Of a DNA stretch of 64,000 nt, positions 56,257 to 64,000 are shown one piece after another. A program made the translations under genes and the position numbers. Source of the DNA: Balanoglossus misakiensis (Eukaryota > Animalia > Hemichordata); assembly GCA_040954595.2 (NCBI GenBank), contig CM082593.2, positions 6,851,579 through 6,915,578 of the forward strand. Reading direction: 5' to 3'. How positions within the stretch are numbered: position 1 is the stretch's first letter; the number at the start of each line of letters is the position of its first letter. Under the pieces are notes generated by a model. The model worked only from the letters and a program-made list of their open reading frames with translations. It was not told where the DNA came from and did no database searches.

Positions 56257-59200
56257 TCAATTATTCGACTCGACTGTTAACATGGCATGACTCTCCTCCT
56301 CTTCATCACCCTCTGTCTTTTTCTCCTTTTCTTCCGGAGCATCGTCATCTTTTTTGTGTTTCGCGTTTTCTATCTTGTGAAGCAGTCGTGGTCCGCTTAG
56401 TGCAATGGCCGCCGCTCCGATTGGAGCTGTGATGATAATTGACAGCACGGCCATTGTTAATACCTACAGAGAAATAAGAAAACACATTTCATCAGCATAT
56501 TCTCAAAACGCACAGTTTCAATCAGTAGCATGATTTTTTCCCTTTAACATATTTTTCTTTTTTTATAGAAAAGGACTGCATAATATAAATTGTTAGATAT
56601 AGAATTTGAATGCATATATTTTTTTACTACATTTTTTTTTGGGGGGGGAGGGGTAGTTAACTGAGTTTATCATTCACCACTGTATAACCCTTTTACCACC
56701 ATGGTTCAGTCCAAACCCATTGTTTTCTATGGTAAGGTCAGACCTCTAAAGAGGCAACTGGGGGGGGGGGGGGGGGTGAAAAGGTTAAAAAAATTGTAGA
56801 AAGTTTTTGAAGACTTCACAGAATCAAGTTTAGGCTACAACCATAATCCCTTTAATACAAGCAAGATATCATCCAAATACTTTGTTGTCACTGACAACAA
56901 AATTCCGTGTACTGATTTGAATCTTACCTGGATGCCAAGGTTAATAGCTCCCTCCCCAGCATCAAGTTCTCTCGCAGTGTCATAGGCAATGGAACCAATG
57001 GCAGCCTGAAAGTACAAAACTCGATCAGAAATTCTGCATTGTTTGCTGACTTGTTTTAACCCTTTCACCACCATGGTTCAGTCCAAACCCATTGTTTTCT
57101 ACGGTAAGGTTGGACCTCTGAAGAGGGAATTTTGGGGTGAAAGGGTTAAATCATGATAGAAATAGTCTGGTGTATGTGAGCAGACAGGGAATTTGAAGAG
57201 TGCGCCCTCTGGAGGCATTCCTTCTAAGATGGTATGTGTGAGACCATCCCATAACACTTACCTGTACAGTAGCTTTAGGAAACCATGCCAACGCCATAAA
57301 CAACCTTTCCTTCTTGTTGAGATCCGACCTCATGCCAGTCACGAAAGTCACCAACATTCTCACCAGAAGGCATATAATTAGCAAAGCAATTCCAAGACCT
57401 GAAAATCAGATATGTCAATGTAAAGTAAACCACTGAAAATTCATCCAAAACAAAGGGAGGTATATTCTTTGCAAATTAACAAACTCATTGTAGCAAGCAA
57501 TATGTTGCTGTGTTCTGTCTGCAAACCTTCTTTCTATTAAAATTCCCCATAAATATCCTAGAGACAACAGACATACACAGATATCTACTCACCGATAGTA
57601 TTGGGGTGCAGATTTTCGATCAATATTTCAGCACCAATCAACGCAAAGAGGAAAGGCTGGAAGAATGTCCAAAACACACCAATCACGTTTCCAACAGCCG
57701 CCTGAGAACAATAAAGTACACAGCATTATATTTTAGTATATTATTCTTTTCTCTTGATTTCAATCGACTCAAATGCCATATATATCTCCTGATAATTTCT
57801 TTCAAATGTTACATGCATATATCAACTCAATTTCGTGTTCCAGTTTTTAAGGCATATGTGTGTCAGCAAACTTTCTTGTCCCAGATCTAAGCCATATTGT
57901 TTAAACACCGAGATGTCGGCTTGTCAGCACAGAATACCACTGTAACTAAGCACATGCATAAATAACCTTGTTTTATACTGTAAATTTTTATGACAACACT
58001 CATATTTCATTTTTTAAAGCAAATAAAGACTTGGCTGTACGTGTATATCTTAGGAAATTTAAAATGAAGTGGGTATATACAGAAATGATCATTGCCAGCC
58101 TCAGTGTTCTTGCTCAACATGTACACAATGACTACAATGCATTAGACTGAAAGGTTCATGGTCACCTATATGTTACTCAGGAAATAAGAGATCCAGCCAA
58201 TCACAGATATTCACTTGGATGGCCATGTAAAAATGTGCCACCATATGGTCATTAGAGGACTTAGACACAACCTTTTAACCATATATGAGCAGAATTATGG
58301 TAAATTAGAGGTAATAGTAGTGGTTTTTACAAAAAAAAGTCTGTGGGCCAACTTTATTTCTTTGTTTTCAAACAGACACCCCTCAATCTTTTCAGGATAT
58401 TTTTCTGAAAACCTGTCTCCCCATCTTTATGTACCACATGACCCTGCAGGGTGCTATATAGCTTACCTTATCGTCCTTCCATTTCTGAGCTGCCACAAAT
58501 GACATGGTGAGAACTGCCAATGCTCCAGATCCCGGCAACTTCAGTGCAGTGCTGCCAAAGAGCGCCAATAAGCCACTACTGAACAACATGGCAGTGCGAT
58601 AACCAACCAGTGATTCCTGAAAAATGAAACAAGTCTTAATGTTAATTACAGCTTTACTAGAGATTTCGAATAAGGCCTAGTGGGATGTATTCATATTGCT
58701 GTGAAATTGGTGCAATTTAAGTTGATCATTTACACTTGATTTGTCTTTCAAAATTGCCTTTCTTGTTTTCCATAGACTATTTCAAAGATATATGAGAAGA
58801 CATTCAGGATTTTAACTGCCAAATTAAAGGGAAAATCCAGTAATGCAAATACACATTAATTATGCATGCATTTACCTGATTTCTATGCGGAATGTACCAC
58901 ATGACAATTCCAAACAGAATTCCAACAATTATTCCAACAGCCACTTCAAGAGGTCCGCGAAACACGGTGAAGACCACACTACCTGTAATTTCAAGTGTAA
59001 AAAAATTGCATTATAATTTCCATGCAATGATAAAATTATTCTCAGAGAATGACACTCATGTATTTGATCATAATGAGAAAATAACATAAAAGGACATGAT
59101 TTTATTTAGGGAAATGTTCAGTTATGTTTGAGCACAACCTCAATATTAATTTACATATTTCTAACAGAAAACAAAATAAGATTGTATGTAATAAGCGAAT

Positions 59201-61288
59201 AAATAAACGAATAAATTTGCATATGTATGACATTATAATTTCTCTGTTATAATTGGCAATTGATTATTTGCACCACCAATTCACGGTTACTGTATTCTAA
59301 ATATTTTTTGCACAGCAGAATAATACAATTTGAGTCACCTGTTGAAAACGTGATGCCCAGAGCAACGCTGAAGCCAGTGATGGCCAGGACGTTATCCACA
59401 CTAGCTGAGGCAATGAGTAATGTGGGAATGCCTTTGTCCATTCCCCAACCCTTTTCCTGCAGACTCAACATGGAGGGGACGACGACAGCTGGAGATACGG
59501 AAGCAACAACAAACCTGGCAAGAAAAGTATGGATACAAGGTGAGCTTGGTATTAAAGGTCCATTAGCTGTAACTTTTGGCAGCATTATTAACTCTCATAG
59601 GAAAATGAAATTTGCCATGAGATATACGAATATTGAGAATCCATTCCAAAACGAAACAGGTATAAAAAAAATTCAGGGCAATATTTTTTCCTTTAATACG
59701 ATAATAACAATTGTATACATGGTTATGCATTGTCTATCTGTCTTTCTGTCTGATGAGGTCTGCAATCTTTCTGTTTTAAAATAGCCTGAATCTTCCTTTT
59801 TGTCACCTTAAACTTACATATTTATTTATGAAAATTTTATTTAATTGAAAAAGTGAATAAATCCAGAAATGTCTTACCCTAAAATAAATGCCCAATCCCA
59901 TGGAAACCCTAGCAACAGATGCCCCAGAATTGCCACGGTTACACATTCCATTAAACAAGGGAGAGTGGAGAGACAGAGGCAAACCACTTTGAGTTTCTTC
60001 AAGGCTTTGGCATCCAGCCCTAGACCGGCTCGGATCAGAATCACGGCAAACGCCACACTTCGGAGTGTTATCGACCAATGGGCTGTGATGTCTTTTGCTA
60101 CGTCGACGTGGGGAATGTTTTTGAGGGCGAAACCTACCAGCAGCATACCTGCGGGGGGAAAAAGGAAACATTATAGTCAAATACAATAAAATTTAACCCG
60201 TCGAAACCAAATACCAAAGGGACTCACTGAGAATGTGGTGGCAGTTTGGTAAGTGACATCTGACTTGCACTTACCTTAAGTGGAGGTAGCTTGATAAGTA
60301 ATATCACACTTGCCAGAAAAACTTACACTTGCAAAAAGTGAAGGTAGTTTGATAAGTAATATCACACTTGCCAGAAAAACTTACACTTGCAAAAAGTGAA
60401 GGTAGTTTGATAAGGGATATCACACTTGCCAGAAAAACTTACACTTGCAAAAAGTGAGGTAGTTTGATAAGTGAAACCACACTTACCAAAAAAGTAGAGG
60501 CAGTTTGATAAGTGATATTACACTTACCTAAAACTTACCATGAATAATTTGATAAGTGAAATCACACTTACCTAAAAGCGGGGGTAGTTTGATCAACGAC
60601 ACAAGCACACCACCCAGGACAGCAGCCACCCAGAGTATAAACAACGCAAATAGACCCCCACCAGGTATCGCCTCATCCCCAAAGATTCCCCACAGTGAAC
60701 CCCAGACTACCAATACCAGCAAAACATAGAAGATGCCTGTGGCTAGTTTTCCATGGGGTGGACACAGTAAACTGTACTTGAATCTGAAAATATAATCAGA
60801 TGGATCATATGTGATTAACAAGCATGTTGCATTATTCAGTTGAATGATTAAAGGGACAAAGTCGTTAACTTTTGACATTATTTTATTTCTTTTCTTTTCT
60901 TTTGGTAGACTATTTATGTTGTTCTACTAACCGAAACATGCCCAACAACCTGTTGTCATGTCCAACCCAGACATGAACATTACACATGATAATGTGGCCA
61001 TGTAATAATACTGATAATACCCCCCCCCCCCTACGCATTTAATTTCTGACCCTTTATCATTGCGTAAACTTACCTATAACAGCATGCATCACCCTCACCA
61101 GGAGCATTATAGTATTTTATCAGGCATGGTGCACACACTTTATCACAGGCAGCAGATATTCTGTCAAGTCTTGACTTTTCTGCCTTGTCCTGGAGACTTC
61201 TCTCGCCATCACCATTCTCAACATCTGTGCATGTGTCTTGCACATCCTCAGTTTTTACATGGTTGGAGTGTGGTATGTCTCCATTCAT
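56257..61288 (-). CDS. SLC9B/NHA-family cation/proton antiporter (CPA2), about 553 aa, DN-motif variant
   Basis: Exons 61288-61074, 60783-60572, 60148-59878, 59514-59339, 58982-58876, 58616-58467, 57701-57593, 57398-57262, 57005-56928 and 56463-56257; 1662 nt, phase-consistent. Motifs: LPPLLGMLLVG, AVILIRAGLGLD, VSPAVVVPSML, KGIPTLLIASASVDNVLAI, FQPFLFALIGAEI, LAWFPKATVQAAIG, AVLSIIITAPIGA. Paralogue identity (SLC9B1/B2 versus invertebrate NHA1) cannot be assigned without a tree. Confidence 0.93.
56688..56784. mobile_element. piggyBac-like MITE family B copy with an expanded poly-G
   Basis: CCCTTTTACCACCATGGTTCAGTCCAAACCC..GGTGAAAAGG-TTAA. Confidence 0.65.
57060..57145. mobile_element. piggyBac-like MITE family B copy
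   Basis: TTAA-CCCTTTCACC..GGTGAAAGGG-TTAA, perfect ends. Confidence 0.8.
60237..60593 (-). repeat. Minisatellite of about 8 degenerate 40-58-bp units derived from an SLC9B exon/intron junction
   Basis: Minus-strand units ATCAAACTAC..G(T/C)AAGTGTGAT..CACTT. The first unit overlaps the real exon end and donor at 60572/60571. Confidence 0.85.
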
Positions 61289-64000
61289 GGTTGCGCGATT
61301 GGCTAGTATTGGAACTTCTAGAGTTTTCTAGTTAGTTCTCTTGATGAAATCTGCCGAGAGAAGAAAACAATTACGAAAAATGCAAAAAGTGCAATTAAGA
61401 GGAATGACAAAACGTTCACATATACTATAAATCTTACATACTTATTATTGGAAACTTTTTCGTTTTATTTTTGTTTTAAGAAGTTTTTTTTCTGTTGATT
61501 GTCAAAATCAATGTTTAATATCATTTGGTACAATGCAGTTTGGGGGTTCAAACCATTTGTTTGAACTTCTTCTCCCCACTTTCAGTGACCTGAATCTAGT
61601 TTTGTTGGTCGATGACCTCATTTCGTTCCAGTGACCTCCCAACTAGACACTCTCTTATAACTTTTAGCCTTGGGTTGTCTGCATATATGTCTCTAAATGT
61701 TAGGAATTGCGAACTTGGATGACAAGAATGTAGAATGCAACTATATACTGTAGTATGTGCATGTACACAATTTCAAAATGGATCAGATCGATTTGCAGTA
61801 TATGTTTAATAAGGAAAAGTACTTAAAGATGACCTTTGTACAGATATATGCACTGCATGCCTGCATAAGTATCCAACCATTTTCATGTCAGCTACGTATA
61901 CGCAGGCTTTAATGTTTGGGTCAAGGTCTCAATTCCGTTGTTTAGTAGTAGTGAAATTTCACGTTGTCGAACCGTGAATTTCGCAACTAGTGTAACAGTC
62001 GGGAAATTACTAGTTCATTGCTTTTTGGTCTTTTGCAACAGTTCAGCTTAACGTATGTCGACTGGCTACAATGTAACAATGTTTTAAACGGAAAAGACGC
62101 TTAAACGCCCATTACTAGTACACGGAAGATCGTTAGTTGAATCGTTTCTCGGTTTAATCGCATTCAATTTCTCATTCGCGTCACAATATCGCACTTTGTT
62201 TATATATTTTTTCCCATATTCAATGGTTTAGGAACGTACGTGACAGACTACACGTGTGCGAAGCGAAGGACGCGCCGCGCACTGCGCCGCGCTGCGCACC
62301 ATAAAAAAAGTTAATCCCGACAACGATCGGTTGTAATTTTTTGAAAACGACACTTACCTTTTAGAATTGTCTTCTATCACCAGTTATATTTCTTTAAAAA
62401 TCTCCAAATCTACACTTAAATGGAATGTTCAGTGTTACTAACTGGTTCTAGTCTAAATGTAGGCCTAGTTAAGTGCATAGAGCGAAAGTACAGTCATCAT
62501 CACGTGTTTCGCGTACTGTAATTTTATGAATAGCACGGAGGCACCCTCATAATTGTGTTTCTAGGTCACAGTTCAATGACGTCGCATGTTTTGAGCGAAA
62601 GTCCTAGATTGTGACACCCTCGTTCACACCCATTTCACATCTTGAAATCAGTTACTTTAGACTTATTAAAAGTTCAGCGTATTTTTTTGTAATTTGATCA
62701 TATGAGCGCATTTTCGATTACGAAGCGGACACCAATAAAAACTCTAATTGTTTGCTTATTCATTCATTTAAACGAAATCACTTATTCTGCTGTTTAATTT
62801 ACTTGAATATGTTTTAGTTTTATTATTTTAAAAAACGAAAGTTATATGACATTATTTGTAAAACATCAATAGTATCTGACAAAACAAACACAAAAAAGTG
62901 GCCAGGGTCTGTTTTCAATCATTCAAAATGAGTAATTTCGGCTGAAAAGTGGAAAAAGTTCCTGAAAAGCGTCACCTGGAAAGTTGTCCGTATATGATAA
63001 AAGGTTACGTATTTAATATAGTTTTTGTTCGACCCAGGATCCACTGCGTTGTTAGGGTCATCTTATACCCCCTAGGTCAATCACCATAAATCTTCTTAAT
63101 TACAAATCATTGGTTCACTAATTACAGTGTGAAACGATATATTGTTTCGGCGACTAATATACCCTATCGGTCAGTTAAATGACAATAAATAATTGGCAGG
63201 GACGAGGTGCTAGCATACGGTTTAAATTCAAGGCCATGAAATGTAAATGTCGATATACTTGTCACTTAAAAAAATGAGGGCAACAGACGGAATTATGAAG
63301 GGCAAGTTGACCTCTCGCTCCTACCGCCACGGTTGACCCATCATAGTGTCGGTGTTTCGTACAATCGAGACGAGGAACGAGGCTTGTCAGGATAGTAGTA
63401 AAAACAACGCCTCCTGACCTCAAATTACCCGTCTAAATTTGAATATTATAATACGCCGTATTTTGGTTTGTAAGTGTTACGCATTCGGCGGCGAGTCGCG
63501 CCATCTTTTCGCGATCAACACGGAATTTGTACGATTGTACTTAGGGAGTCTGTGTTGACCTGATATGGACAAGGATTACTTTGCGGAACACGAGGAAGGT
63601 CTGTCATCGTCAATCGACAGGTTAGTCATTATTTCAGTCGAAAAAGCTCGAACTCGGTGCCCTTTATGAGAGAGCGTGTTCTGATCGCAAGTACAGAAGG
63701 CATTGAACGACGGACTGACAACAAGCGCCGCCACACGCACGCCAGATCCAGAGCATGCTATACGTGCCGAACCACAAGTTTTAAAATCGTGTTCTGAAAA
63801 TATTTTCAGCTGTCATCATATCTGTCTCCGGCATTTGTCCACCACAAAATATGTAGTTGTCCGCCTAAAAGTGACTATAAATGGAAAAAACACCCGAATA
63901 AAAGTCGAATGATTTTTATGTACTTTACCAAAGTGGGTGGGCTCGAAAAATTTTGAACCGTCCTCATTTTAGAGTTGTGAACTTGTAAATATTATAATTG

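Noticed and set aside
60237-60593. CRISPR-like repeat/spacer appearance
   Set aside because: Eukaryotic intron; the intervening parts are mutually homologous rather than unique spacers, and there are no cas genes.
63000-64000. CpG-richer end of the window with GCGCCATCTT and a 69-aa ORF
   Set aside because: Could be a promoter or a repeat fragment, but no product or element boundary can be supported within the window.

Overview
Intron-rich, AT-rich animal genomic DNA. The gene content and protein styles suggest an invertebrate deuterostome, possibly an acorn worm; this taxon call is inference only. Five spliced genes can be rebuilt with consistent GT-AG exon phases: (1) the 3' part of a mosaic SRCR-LDLa-PAN/Apple-SRCR-trypsin serine protease (+, 2..4414); (2) RPS14 (-, 4986..6502) with a TCT/5'TOP start and a candidate intronic H/ACA snoRNA; (3) ZSWIM8 (+, 8117..28393, 17 exons, about 1839 aa), head-to-head with RPS14; (4) an uncharacterised protein of about 1597 aa with a tandem calponin-homology actin-binding domain, a coiled coil and a long low-complexity tail (-, 33315..50619); (5) an SLC9B/NHA cation-proton antiporter with a DN rather than DD transport motif (-, 56257..61288). 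The non-coding DNA holds many non-autonomous DNA transposons. The most notable are a near-perfect 1.29-kb foldback with a 7-bp TSD, TAG..CTA elements with 9-bp TSDs (one in the RPS14/ZSWIM8 divergent promoter), a hAT-like element with a 6-bp TSD, and a two-module TTATAA-delimited element whose junction resembles a tyrosine-recombinase site. A minisatellite built from copies of an SLC9B exon/5'-splice-site junction is also present. All calls were made by eye; no searches were run.
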